Origin: an uncultured bacterium
Lineage (GTDB): Bacteria; Acidobacteriota; Thermoanaerobaculia; Multivoradales; JAHZIX01
NCBI GenBank assembly: GCA_965368975.1
Contig: CBDUPA010000020.1
Coordinates: 50,939 to 114,938 of the forward strand
Reading direction: 5' to 3'
Length of the DNA stretch: 64,000 nt
The position numbers and the translations under genes are program-made. This document shows positions 1-9,611 of this stretch, one piece after another; position 1 is the stretch's first letter; each line of letters opens with the position of its first letter. The notes below the pieces were generated by a model. That model worked only from the letters and a program-made list of their open reading frames with translations. It was not told the origin of the DNA and did no database searches.

Positions 1-687
1 GTCAAGTTCCACGGTTTCCGCATCGAGCTCGATGAGTTACGCGATGTTCTGAACCAGCATGAAGGTGTGCGCACCAGTGTCGTGCGCTTGCTGCAAGACC
101 AGCATGGACACGACGTCCTGGTCGCGTACTACGTGTCGCGCCACGAGCTGGAGTCGGCCGACCTTCGAGCCACCCTGGCGGAGGAGATTCCGGAGGAGAC
201 GTTGCCCAACGTCTTCGTCCACCTGCGCAAGCTGCCGCTCAACCTCAACGGCAAGGTCAACGTCGAGGCGTTGCCGTCGCTGGCTGAGGTGCGCGAGCGG
301 ATGGAGAAGGCTTTTGTGCCGCCGCGCAACGAGAGCGAGACCCAACTGGCCGAGATCTGGAAAGAGGTGCTCGGCGTGCCGCGTGTCGGCATCAACGACA
401 ACTTCTTCGAACTCGGTGGTCACTCGCTGCTGGCCACGCGCGTCATCTCGCGCATGCGCCAGCGCTTCAGCGTCGAGGTGCCGCTGCGGGCGCTGTTCGA
501 GGTACCCAGCGTCGCCGGTCTGGTCGAAGCCATGGACGCTGGCCGCTTCAACGCCGTCGAGAAAGACGAACTGGATGACCTGCAGCCGGGTAGCAGTCTG
601 GAACTGGAAGATCAGCTCGCCGAACTCGAGGCGATGTCGGACGAAGAAGCGGAAGCGGCGCTGGAGCGCGAGTCGATCCTGGACTGA
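1..687 (+). CDS. NRPS, 3' part (end of adenylation domain + PCP + acidic C-terminal tail), 5'-truncated by window
   Basis: Frame is open from base 1: VKFHGFRIELDELR (A8-like), PLNLNGKV (A10), PCP motif DNFFELGGHSLLA; no thioesterase before the stop. Confidence 0.92.
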   Translation, partial: VKFHGFRIELDELRDVLNQHEGVRTSVVRLLQDQHGHDVLVAYYVSRHELESADLRATLAEEIPEETLPNVFVHLRKLPLNLNGKVNVEALPSLAEVRERMEKAFVPPRNESETQLAEIWKEVLGVPRVGINDNFFELGGHSLLATRVISRMRQRFSVEVPLRALFEVPSVAGLVEAMDAGRFNAVEKDELDDLQPGSSLELEDQLAELEAMSDEEAEAALERESILD

Positions 688-689
688 GC

Positions 690-2684
690 CTAGGCGAGGG
701 CCCTGGCCTGGCGCCGGTTGAGCAGGGCGATGACGGTCAGCAGCGCGGCTCCGCTCGTTGCCAGAATCGGGAATGCAAGCCCTGCCAGCGTGACCGGTTG
801 CTCGGGTAGCAGTAGGAGCAGGCCGGAGAGCAACAGGACGCCACGCTGCCACAGAGCCAGCGGTGCGAAGAGATAGCCGACGATGCCAGCCGCGAACGGC
901 ACGATGCCGAAGACCGCCAAGCCCACCGCGACCGCCACGGTGGTCCAGCCCGCGCTGCTGCCGTCCGGCGCCAGCAACAACAGCTCCGGTTGCAGCACGA
1001 ACATGTAGGGAAGTACGAAGCCGACGAGTGCGAAGCGGAAGGCCGCCAGGCTGGTCTTCATCAGCGACGAGTCCGCGATCGAAGCCGCGGCGTAGGCGGC
1101 GAGCGCTACCGGTGGTGTCACCATCGACATCATGCCGAAGTAGAAGATGAACAGATGCGCGGCCAGCGGCACCACCCCGAGCTGTCCCAGCACCGGTCCG
1201 ATCAAGGTCGCCATCAACAAGTAGCAGACAGCGGACGGCAGTCCCATGCCGAGGATGATCGAGCTGACCATGATGGCGACCAGCGCCAGCATCAGGTTCT
1301 GCTCGGCCAGCGGCACGATCGCGGCCGGCAGGCGAGTACCGATGCCGGTCAGAGTCACCACGCCGAGAATGATGCCGACGCACGAGGCTGCGCTGACCAG
1401 CGGGATGACGTCGCGTGCCGACTTGCTGAGGGCATCGAGCAGCCGCAGCCACGACAGGCGCGTCTCGGCTCGCAGGCTGCTGATCAGGATCACCACACCG
1501 AGGGCGAGCGTCACCGCACGGAACGGCGTGTAGCCCATCAGCAGGAAGACGATCAGACCGACGAAACTGGTGGCGAAAACAATTCCCGCGAACGGATGGT
1601 GGGAAGCGTCGCGTGTCTCTTCGTCTCCGGGTACCTTCACTTTCAACGCCGTGGCGGCAGGTTCCGTGGACGTGCTCTCCGCCGCCGCGGCCCCGATCTT
1701 GCGCGCGTAGAGATGCACGATCAAGAACAAGGAGAGGTAGTACAGGATCGCTGGCACCAATGCAGCCCGGATGATCTGCAGGTACGTCACCTGCGGCTCG
1801 ATGATCTCGAGCATCATGTAAGCGCCGGCCCCCATGACTGGCGGAACCAGGGCTCCGCCCGAGCTGGCCGCCGCTTCCACGCCACCCGCCACGTGTGGCT
1901 TGAAGCCCGAGCCGCGCATCATTGGGATCGTGAAGGTTCCTGTCGTCGCAGTATTGGCCACTGCACTGCCAGAGAGCGAGCCCATCAAGCCGCTGCTCAG
2001 CACGGCCACTTTGGCCGCGCCGCCCGAGCTACCTTGGAACAGGCGCCGCGTGAAACGGATGATGAAGCCGGTGGCTCCCGTTGCTTGTAGCAGTGCGCCA
2101 AAGAGCACGAAGAGGAAGACGTAGGTCAGCATGACGCGCAAAGCAATACCGAACACGCCTTGGCTGTGCAAGAAGGTCTGCGACACGATGCGCTCGACGT
2201 CGTAGCCTCGGTGGGGGAACAGCCAGTCCGGCATCGACTGGCCCCAAACCGCGTAGGCGAGAAAGAACGAGGCCAAGATGGGCAGTGCCGGCCCGATTGC
2301 CCGGCGCGTGGCTTCCAGAACCAGCAACAAGCCCAGTACGCCGACGGTCAGATCCAGCGTCGTTTCGTGTGCTGCTCGGTTGCCCAGGCTCTGGCCGCCG
2401 AGCCAGAAGCGCTCGAATAAGGGCTCTGTCTGCACCGTCAGGTACAGGCTGCACAGCGCGCTCAGCAACGCCAGGAATCGATCGCTCCAACGCGCCCAGC
2501 TCGCATCCCGCAAGCTGGAGTGTGCCGGCACGCTGAGGAAGCACAGCACCAGGCCGAATCCCGCGAAGATGGCGAGCTGTGACAAGGGCCGCAGCAGCGG
2601 GTAGTTGACCTCCGCCACCGTGAAGAGGCAGAGCACGATGCCGAGCGTGCGGAAGAGTGTCGAGGCGCTGGCGCGTTGGCTCAT
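690..2684 (-). CDS. TRAP transporter fused permease (TAXI-type DctQM fusion)
   Basis: Polytopic membrane protein with GGAAKVAVLSS, GSAVAN, EAAASSGGALVPPVMGAGA, ILGMGLP and TPPVALAAYAAA motifs. Confidence 0.93.
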   Translation of the reverse strand: MSQRASASTLFRTLGIVLCLFTVAEVNYPLLRPLSQLAIFAGFGLVLCFLSVPAHSSLRDASWARWSDRFLALLSALCSLYLTVQTEPLFERFWLGGQSLGNRAAHETTLDLTVGVLGLLLVLEATRRAIGPALPILASFFLAYAVWGQSMPDWLFPHRGYDVERIVSQTFLHSQGVFGIALRVMLTYVFLFVLFGALLQATGATGFIIRFTRRLFQGSSGGAAKVAVLSSGLMGSLSGSAVANTATTGTFTIPMMRGSGFKPHVAGGVEAAASSGGALVPPVMGAGAYMMLEIIEPQVTYLQIIRAALVPAILYYLSLFLIVHLYARKIGAAAAESTSTEPAATALKVKVPGDEETRDASHHPFAGIVFATSFVGLIVFLLMGYTPFRAVTLALGVVILISSLRAETRLSWLRLLDALSKSARDVIPLVSAASCVGIILGVVTLTGIGTRLPAAIVPLAEQNLMLALVAIMVSSIILGMGLPSAVCYLLMATLIGPVLGQLGVVPLAAHLFIFYFGMMSMVTPPVALAAYAAASIADSSLMKTSLAAFRFALVGFVLPYMFVLQPELLLLAPDGSSAGWTTVAVAVGLAVFGIVPFAAGIVGYLFAPLALWQRGVLLLSGLLLLLPEQPVTLAGLAFPILATSGAALLTVIALLNRRQARALA

Positions 2685-2691
2685 CGAGCGG

Positions 2692-3687
2692 TCACTCGGT
2701 CAGGATGCCGGCTTCCCGGTAGTAGCGCAGAGCACCGGGATGGAACTCGGTGCCCGTGTCGCGCAACACGTTGTTGGCGTTGATCGCGCGCCCCGCCGGA
2801 TGCTTCTCGACGACCTGCTCACGGTTCTCGTACAGGCTCTTGGTCACCTGGTAGACGAGTTCTTCGTCTTGGTCGGTACCGACGATCAGGTGCATGGACC
2901 CGACGTTGAGCCCCTGGTAGTCCTCGTCCAGTCCCTGGTAGGTACCGGCTGGGATGATCGCGGGATGGAAGAATGAGTAGTCGGCGACCAGCTGTTCGCG
3001 AATAGCTGGGTCGAAGGGGATGAAGCGCAGGTCGAGCGTGGTCGACGCTTGCACCAGCGACGCGGTGGGCACCGCGCCACCCAGGAAGGCCGCATCGGCG
3101 GCGCCGTCGGAGAGCAGGTCGACGGCGGCTTGCTGCGTGCCGTTGAGCTCGGTGAAGTCGTCATAGGTGACGCCGTGGGCCTCCAGCAGCGGCCGGATGA
3201 AGTACTCGAAGCCGGCGCCCGCCGGGCCGACGACAACACGCTTGCCCTTCAGGTCGGCCAGCGTCTCGATGCCGCTGTTCTTGGGGGTCACGAAGAGCGC
3301 GACGTTGGGGGCCAGCGTCATGATGGCGCGCATGTCGTACGGTTGCTCCCAGCCGCCTTCGCCGCGCACCGCGAAGTAGGTAATGGCGGCATTCGACAGG
3401 GCGAGGTCGAGTTGCTTGGCTTGCAGGCGGCGGATGTTCTCCTGCGAGCCGCTGGTGGCCTCGGCGGTCACGCGCCAGTCGGTGTCACCGGAATTCGCTT
3501 GCAGGGTGTCGGCCAGGGCGCCACCGACGACGAAGAACGCGCCTCCCTGAGGGGCGGTGCCGATCGAGAGGAAGACGGTTTCTTGGATGTCGCCGTCGCT
3601 GGATGCGTCACCGGAGGGGCCGCCTCCGCAGGCGACGGAGAGCAGGAGAGTCAGCAGAGCGAGGGTGGTCAAAGCGGTACGGATCAT
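2692..3687 (-). CDS. TAXI family TRAP solute-binding lipoprotein
   Basis: Signal with lipobox (LSVAC), IGTAPQGGAFF, EATSGSQENIR, FHPGALRYY; start re-assigned to ATG 3687. Confidence 0.92.
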   Translation of the reverse strand: MIRTALTTLALLTLLLSVACGGGPSGDASSDGDIQETVFLSIGTAPQGGAFFVVGGALADTLQANSGDTDWRVTAEATSGSQENIRRLQAKQLDLALSNAAITYFAVRGEGGWEQPYDMRAIMTLAPNVALFVTPKNSGIETLADLKGKRVVVGPAGAGFEYFIRPLLEAHGVTYDDFTELNGTQQAAVDLLSDGAADAAFLGGAVPTASLVQASTTLDLRFIPFDPAIREQLVADYSFFHPAIIPAGTYQGLDEDYQGLNVGSMHLIVGTDQDEELVYQVTKSLYENREQVVEKHPAGRAINANNVLRDTGTEFHPGALRYYREAGILTE

Positions 3688-3816
3688 CGGAAAAGTCCTC
3701 TCGAGTAGAAGTGCGAGCAAGTCTTCGGGTAGCCAGAAACCGAGCGTCCAGAGAGGGTGTCCGACTACGCTTGTCGGAGGCAAGCATACACCGGCCCTAG
3801 GCGTCCAGGCGCTCCG

Positions 3817-4497
3817 TTACTTCTTACGCCGTTGCCGCAGGGACAGATTCCGCTTCGCCTCTTCAGCTTTCTTCTTGTTGGTCGCCGCCCACGAGCAAAT
3901 GGGGCAGGCGTCGAGATCGTGGTAGAGGGCAGGGCAGTGCTCGCGGCCGAAGTAGATGATCTGTAGGTGCAGCTTGTTCCAGGCGTCTTCCGGAAAGACC
4001 CTCTTGAGGTCGTCCTCGGTGCGCTTGACGCTCGAACCGTTGGACAGTCCCCAGCGTTCAGCCAGGCGGTGGATGTGGGTGTCGACCGGGAAGGCCGGCA
4101 GGCCGAAAGCCTGCGACCGCACCACGGACGCCGTCTTGTGCCCGACGCCGGGTAGCGCCTCCAACTCGTCGAAGCTGTTCGGTACCTCGCCGCCGTGACG
4201 GTCGACCAGAATCTCTGCCATCTGCTGCAGCCGCTTCGCCTTCTGTGGTGCCAGGCCGATCTCGCGGATCAGCTCGCGAATCTCGTCCACCGGAACCTTG
4301 GCCATCACGGCCGGGGTCGGGGCACGCTGGAAGAGCGCTGGCGTCACCTCGTTGACCTTCTTGTCGGTCGTCTGCGCGGAGAGGACGACGGCGACCAGCA
4401 GGGTAAAAGGGTCCACGTGGTCGAGCGGAATCGGGACTTCCGGATGGAGCTGATCGAGAATCTCTTGGATGCGTTGAGCTTTTTCCTGACGCGTCAT
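3817..4497 (-). CDS. nth: Endonuclease III
   Basis: LLVAVVLSAQTTD, HhH motif LPGVGHKTA, PVDTH; C-terminal Cys cluster atypical. Confidence 0.93.
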   Translation of the reverse strand: MTRQEKAQRIQEILDQLHPEVPIPLDHVDPFTLLVAVVLSAQTTDKKVNEVTPALFQRAPTPAVMAKVPVDEIRELIREIGLAPQKAKRLQQMAEILVDRHGGEVPNSFDELEALPGVGHKTASVVRSQAFGLPAFPVDTHIHRLAERWGLSNGSSVKRTEDDLKRVFPEDAWNKLHLQIIYFGREHCPALYHDLDACPICSWAATNKKKAEEAKRNLSLRQRRKK

Positions 4498-4620
4498 GAA
4501 GATCTCTCCGAGAGGATCGAGTTGGTTTGCGGGGCGATAGGTCTGGAGGGGTGCCGGTTGCGAGGACGCTGCAGTGTATCTCAGCGCATCGCCGTGGCCC
4601 CGCGTCCAGTCCAGTTGAAG

Positions 4621-5739
4621 TCAGGCGTTGTTGGCGAGTTCGTCGAGCAGGTCCGCAGCTGGACGATCGAAGCCGAGCAGTCGCGGTTCCGGTTGCAGCG
4701 TGACGCCGAACTTCGTGCGCACGCCGTGACGAATACGTGCCGCCAGCCGCAAGAGGTCGATGGCCTGGGCACCACCGCGGTTGATCAGGGCCAGCGTGTG
4801 GTTCGTCGACAGTCCGGCCGGACCGAGTTCGTAGCCACGCGGAAAGCCGGCTTCCTCGATCAGCCAGGCGGCCGAGAGCTTCCTGCCACCGGCGGTTGCC
4901 TCGAACATCGGCAGCTCACGCCGCACCGCTAGTTCCGTTGCCGCCCGCCGCACCGCTTCCGCCTCTGCGGGTGTCACGATCGGGTTGACGAAGAAGGAGC
5001 CGGCGGAGCGCCGATTGGGATCGTGCGGGTCGAGCACCATCGACTTCTCGCGCCGCACTTGCAAGACAGCGTCGCGCAGCTGCCGCAGGGGCGCTCGCTC
5101 CGGCGTTGCGAGACGCCGCCGCAGGTCGGGATAGCGAGCGGTGCCCCAGTCGCGCACGGGCAGACGGAAGTCGACGTCGGTAATCACGTAGCGGTCGAGA
5201 TCGTAAGTCTTGAAGCGGCTGGTGCGATAGCCGAAACCGCACTCGACGGCGTCGAAACTGACTTGACGTCTGTCCGCGAGATCGAGTGCCCAGACCGTCG
5301 CGATGGTGTCGGCGACTTCTTGTCCGTAAGCACCGATATTCTGGATTGGTGCCGCGCCCACGGTTCCGGGAATGCCGCTCAAACACTCCAGCCCGGCGAG
5401 ACCTTGCTCGATGGTCCAGGCGACGAAGGCATCCCAGTCCTTGCCAGCGGCGACCCGAACGTGGACCACCGGGTCCGCGTCGCGTCGCGAACGCTGCAGC
5501 ACCTCGATGTCGTCCGCGGCATAGATGACCACCAAGCCCGGGAAACCCGCGTCCGCCACCAGCAGATTGCTACCGCTGCCGAGAACGACCGTCGCGACCT
5601 CCTGCCGCCGTGCCCAGGTCAGCGTTTGGTACAGGACCTTCGCGTTCCGGCAGTGCGCCAGGTAGCGTGCCGGTCCGCCGACCCCGAAGGTCGTGCGAGG
5701 GGCGAGGGGGGCGTCGTGTTGGAGGTCAGGATCTTTCAT
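4621..5739 (-). CDS. murB: UDP-N-acetylenolpyruvoylglucosamine reductase
   Basis: LGSGSNLL, GLECLSGIPGTVGAAPIQNIGAYG, FGYRTSRFK, SAGSFFVNP, final QPEP. Confidence 0.95.
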   Translation of the reverse strand: MKDPDLQHDAPLAPRTTFGVGGPARYLAHCRNAKVLYQTLTWARRQEVATVVLGSGSNLLVADAGFPGLVVIYAADDIEVLQRSRRDADPVVHVRVAAGKDWDAFVAWTIEQGLAGLECLSGIPGTVGAAPIQNIGAYGQEVADTIATVWALDLADRRQVSFDAVECGFGYRTSRFKTYDLDRYVITDVDFRLPVRDWGTARYPDLRRRLATPERAPLRQLRDAVLQVRREKSMVLDPHDPNRRSAGSFFVNPIVTPAEAEAVRRAATELAVRRELPMFEATAGGRKLSAAWLIEEAGFPRGYELGPAGLSTNHTLALINRGGAQAIDLLRLAARIRHGVRTKFGVTLQPEPRLLGFDRPAADLLDELANNA

Positions 5740-7940
5740 GTTGCCAGGGAGGCGGCTGCCAGGAGCCGATCCGCCAAGCGGGTGTTGCGCTTGCGCGTGT
5801 CCTGTTGCCGCACGGCGGTGGCGAGTGCGCGACGCTGGCCGACGAGGACGACGAGCTTCTTGGCCCGTGTGACGGCGGTGTAGAGCAGGTTGCGCTGCAG
5901 CATCAGGAAGTGTTGGTGGTGCACGGGCGCGACGACGCAGGGGTACTCACTGCCCTGGGATTTGTGGATCGTGCACGCATAGGCCGGGACGAGCTCGTCG
6001 AGATCCGACCACTCGTAGTGCACGTCGCGGCCGTCGAAGTCGACAGTGAGTTCCTTTTCTTCCTTGTCCAGGTTCGTCACCCTGCCGATGTCGCCATTGA
6101 AGACTTCGAGGTCGTAATTGTTGCGCAGCTGCATCACCTTGTCGCCCAGGCTCAGGCGACGATCGCCGCGCTCGAGCGCCGGCCGGCCGGGGTTGAGGCG
6201 TTGCTGCAGTTCGACGTTGAGCCGCGTGACGCCCAGCGGGCCGCGGTTCATGGGAGTCAGCAGCTGCACCTCGGTGATCGGGTCGAAGCCGAAGCTGCGC
6301 GGGATGCGGTCGGCGATCAGGTGCAGGAGGGTGTCGAGGACGTCGGCGGGATCGTCGCGTTCGATGAAGAAGAAGTCGTACTTGGACGGATCTCCCTCCA
6401 CATCGACCAGCGGCGTCTCGCCGTGGTTGATGCGGTGGGCATTGACCACGATGCGGCTCTGCGCGGCTTGGCGGAAGATCTCGGTCAGGCGCACCAAGGG
6501 AACGCGGCCGCTGAGGATCAGGTCGTGCAGGACACGGCCGGGGCCGACCGAGGGCAGCTGATCGGCGTCACCGACCAGGATCAGGCGGCCACCAGCGGGT
6601 ACCGCGCGGGCGACGTGACGAGCCAGCGAAGTATCGAGCATCGAGGCTTCGTCGACGATCAGCAGGTCACACTCTAGTGGGCGTTCCGGGTTGCGCAGGA
6701 AGGTGCCCTGACGCGGGTCGAACTCGAGCAGCCGGTGTACGGTTTTGGCTTCGCGGCTGGTCGCCTCTCCGAGGCGGCGGGCCGCTCGGCCGGTAGGGGC
6801 AGCGAGCTGGATGTGACCACCCTTGCGCTGCAGGATCTCGACGATGCCGCGGACCAGCGTTGTCTTGCCCGTGCCGGGACCGCCGGTGATCACCAACACC
6901 GGTGCCGTCAAGCCCTGAGCGATGGCAGCCCTTTGTTGCGTCGCCAGCTCCAGGCCCTCTTGTTTCTCGAACCAGGAAAGCGCTGTCTCGACGTCGATCT
7001 TGGGGCCTCTGACCGCGGTGGCCAGCAGGTGACTCAGATGCAAGGCTAGTTCGGCCTCGGCCTTGTACAAGGGTTTCGGGTAGACCACGGGCGCGGCGAA
7101 GGATGCCGCCTCTTCCACCACGGCCCGCCCAGCTCGCGCCAAGTCTTCGATGGCTGTGTCCACCGCGTCTTCTGCAACGCCCAGGAGTTCGCAGGCCGCT
7201 GTCTTCAGCTCGTCCGCGGGCAAGAACATGTGTCCATGGCCACCGGCCTGGTCGAGCAAGTAGAGCACGCCGGCCTTGATGCGCTCGGGGGCGTCGCGTG
7301 GAATGCCCAGGTTGCCAGCGATGCGGTCCGCGCTCTTGAACCCGATACCGAAGATATCGACCGCCAAGCGATATGGATTCTCCTTGACCTTCTCCATCGC
7401 CTCGGCGCCGTAGACTTTGTAGATGCGCACGGCGTATGCCGTCGAGATGCCCTGGGAGTGCAGGAAGACCATCACCTCCTGGATGTCACGCTGCTCCTGC
7501 CAGGCGCCCAGGATCTTCTGCACCGTCTTGCTGCCGATCCCGGGAATCTGCTTCAGGCGTTCCGGATGGTGCGTAATGACTTCCAGCGTTTCGGCGCCGA
7601 AGTGGTCCACCATGCGCTTGGCGTAGCCGGGACCGACACCCGGGATCAGGCCAGAGGCCAGGTAGCGCTCGATGCCTTCCGGTGTGCTGGGGTGGATCTT
7701 GCGATACGTGTCGGCACGGAACTGCTGGCCGTACTTGCGGTCTTGGATCCAGCGGCCGTTGAAATGCAACCGCTCGCCCTCGGCCACGGTCAACACATTG
7801 CCGACCACCGTCGCTGCTTCGCGATGGCCCTCGACTTCGACGCGCAGCACGCTCCAGCCGCTTTCCTCGTCGGTGAAAACGATGCGCTCGAGCACACCCT
7901 CCAGGGTGGTTTCGGCTCCGAAGTCTCGTGGATCGGTCAC
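5736..7940 (-). CDS. recD2: ATP-dependent RecD-like DNA helicase (RecD2)
   Basis: N-terminal OB/HhH region (ENPYRL..GIGFKSADRIA), Walker A GGPGTGKTT, VDEASM, GDADQLPSVG, AYACTIHKSQGSEY; GTG 7940 chosen because a TAGACT -10 lies 7 nt upstream. Confidence 0.93.
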   Translation of the reverse strand: MTDPRDFGAETTLEGVLERIVFTDEESGWSVLRVEVEGHREAATVVGNVLTVAEGERLHFNGRWIQDRKYGQQFRADTYRKIHPSTPEGIERYLASGLIPGVGPGYAKRMVDHFGAETLEVITHHPERLKQIPGIGSKTVQKILGAWQEQRDIQEVMVFLHSQGISTAYAVRIYKVYGAEAMEKVKENPYRLAVDIFGIGFKSADRIAGNLGIPRDAPERIKAGVLYLLDQAGGHGHMFLPADELKTAACELLGVAEDAVDTAIEDLARAGRAVVEEAASFAAPVVYPKPLYKAEAELALHLSHLLATAVRGPKIDVETALSWFEKQEGLELATQQRAAIAQGLTAPVLVITGGPGTGKTTLVRGIVEILQRKGGHIQLAAPTGRAARRLGEATSREAKTVHRLLEFDPRQGTFLRNPERPLECDLLIVDEASMLDTSLARHVARAVPAGGRLILVGDADQLPSVGPGRVLHDLILSGRVPLVRLTEIFRQAAQSRIVVNAHRINHGETPLVDVEGDPSKYDFFFIERDDPADVLDTLLHLIADRIPRSFGFDPITEVQLLTPMNRGPLGVTRLNVELQQRLNPGRPALERGDRRLSLGDKVMQLRNNYDLEVFNGDIGRVTNLDKEEKELTVDFDGRDVHYEWSDLDELVPAYACTIHKSQGSEYPCVVAPVHHQHFLMLQRNLLYTAVTRAKKLVVLVGQRRALATAVRQQDTRKRNTRLADRLLAAASLAT

Positions 7941-7988
7941 GATTTTCAGTCTATCGCCTTCCGGCCCAATATGTGCCAAAATGACGCC

Positions 7989-9377
7989 ATGGCTGAAAAA
8001 CCAGTAGTCTTGGTCGTCGACGACGAAACTGGCTCCCGCGAATCGATGGCGATCGCCGTTGAGAAGACTGGTTTACCGGTACGGACCTTCGATGACGCGC
8101 GTGAGGCCCTGGATTACCTGGAGGATGCCGATTCCGTGCGTGTGGTGATCTGTGATCTACGCATGCCGGGGATGGACGGTATTGCCTTCCTCAATGAGCT
8201 ACGCTCCCGTGCTTACGATGTCGGCGTCGTTCTGGTGACGGCATTCGGCTCGATCGAGTCGGCGGTGGAGGCGATGCGCGTTGGTGCCGACGACTACCTT
8301 ACCAAGCCGGTCGATCTCTACGAGCTACGCCAGCGGGTGCGCAACCTGCTGGAGCGCAAGCAACTGAAGGAGGAGGTGTCGAACCTGCGCGAGATGCTCG
8401 ACAAGCACTTCGGCTTCGAGAGCATCATCGGCAAGTCGGCACCGATGGAGCACCTGTTCGAGCAGATGCGCATGGTGGCGCCGACCCGCTCCAGTGTGTT
8501 GATCATCGGTGGTAGCGGAACCGGGAAGGAACTGGTGGCCAAGGCGCTGCACCAGGCCAGTCCGCGCCGTGACGAGCGCTTCCTGGCGATCAACTGCGGT
8601 GCCATTCCCAACGACATTCTGGAGAGCGAGCTGTTCGGTCACGAGCGCGGGGCCTTTACCGGTGCCGTGGCGCGCAAGATCGGCAAGTTCGAGCTGGCTC
8701 ACAAGGGAACGTTGTTTCTAGATGAGATCAGCGAGCTGGCGCCGGAGTTGCAGGTCAAGCTACTGCGTGTGCTCGAGGAACGTCAGGTCATGCGCGTCGG
8801 TGGCCAGGAGCTGATCGACGTCGACTTCCGTCTCGTGGCGGCGACGAACCGGGATCTGGAGAAGGAGGTCGAGGCGGAGCGCTTCCGCGAAGATCTGTAC
8901 TACCGTCTCAAGGTGGTGACCTTGAACATCCCGTCGCTGCGGGAACGGCCGAGCGACATTCCATTGCTGGCGGAACACTTCCTCAAGGAGTTCTTCGAGG
9001 AGCACGGCAAGGAGCCGAAGGCGTTGTCACCGGAAGCCGCGGAGGTGCTGTGTGGTTACGCCTGGCCGGGCAATGTGCGGCAATTGCGCAACGTACTCGA
9101 GTCGGTGGTTGTCTTCCACCAGGGCGAGCGCGTCGGGGTCTCGGATCTGCCGGCAGAGATTCGCGACGCGGCACCGGTGGAGGGTGGTTCGGTGACGGTG
9201 CAGCCGAAGTTCGGCGAAACGCGCACCATGGATGAGATCGAGCGCCAGGCGATCACCGAAACGCTGGCGCGGACGCGGGGGCACCGAGCAGAGGCGGCGA
9301 ATCTGCTCGGCATCGGTTTGCGCACGTTGCAGCGCAAAATCAAGGAATACAAGGAGCAGGGCTTCCTGCAGGAGTGA
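7989..9377 (+). CDS. Sigma-54-dependent response regulator (NtrC family: REC-AAA+-Fis HTH)
   Basis: VVDD...DLRMPGMDG receiver, GGSGTGKE, ESELFGHERGAFTGA, WPGNVRQL, C-terminal HTH; start moved to ATG 7989. Confidence 0.94.
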   Translation: MAEKPVVLVVDDETGSRESMAIAVEKTGLPVRTFDDAREALDYLEDADSVRVVICDLRMPGMDGIAFLNELRSRAYDVGVVLVTAFGSIESAVEAMRVGADDYLTKPVDLYELRQRVRNLLERKQLKEEVSNLREMLDKHFGFESIIGKSAPMEHLFEQMRMVAPTRSSVLIIGGSGTGKELVAKALHQASPRRDERFLAINCGAIPNDILESELFGHERGAFTGAVARKIGKFELAHKGTLFLDEISELAPELQVKLLRVLEERQVMRVGGQELIDVDFRLVAATNRDLEKEVEAERFREDLYYRLKVVTLNIPSLRERPSDIPLLAEHFLKEFFEEHGKEPKALSPEAAEVLCGYAWPGNVRQLRNVLESVVVFHQGERVGVSDLPAEIRDAAPVEGGSVTVQPKFGETRTMDEIERQAITETLARTRGHRAEAANLLGIGLRTLQRKIKEYKEQGFLQE

Positions 9378-9383
9378 TCTGGG

Positions 9384-9605
9384 ATGGATCTACCGACGGA
9401 TGTTTTCGTGCATTGCCCCTTGATGGGCCTGAAGAACGGGCGCGCACAGCTAGTGCGGATCCACGACGACGGCTACTACGAGGTGATCATGAAGTTCGGC
9501 GAGCGCGACCACCGGACGCTGCTGCCGATCACGAACACGGCACTGATCCAGCAACAGCCTGAGATTCCGATCGAAAACCTGCCCCAGGTTGAAATCGAGC
9601 GCTAG
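9384..9605 (+). CDS. Small hypothetical protein (73 aa, beta-rich)
   Basis: Fills the gap between convergent genes, starts 6 nt after the regulator stop, host-like codon usage. Confidence 0.65.
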   Translation: MDLPTDVFVHCPLMGLKNGRAQLVRIHDDGYYEVIMKFGERDHRTLLPITNTALIQQQPEIPIENLPQVEIER

Positions 9606-9611
9606 CGCGCG

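Noticed and set aside
7964-7978. Possible sigma-54 -24/-12 element on the minus strand (TGGCAC-atatt-GGGC)
   Set aside because: Poor -12 match; the same bases are better explained as the extended -10 of the divergent gene
7230-7988. N-terminal 253-aa extension of the NtrC ORF
   Set aside because: Antisense overlap with recD2; the receiver domain starts at ATG 7989
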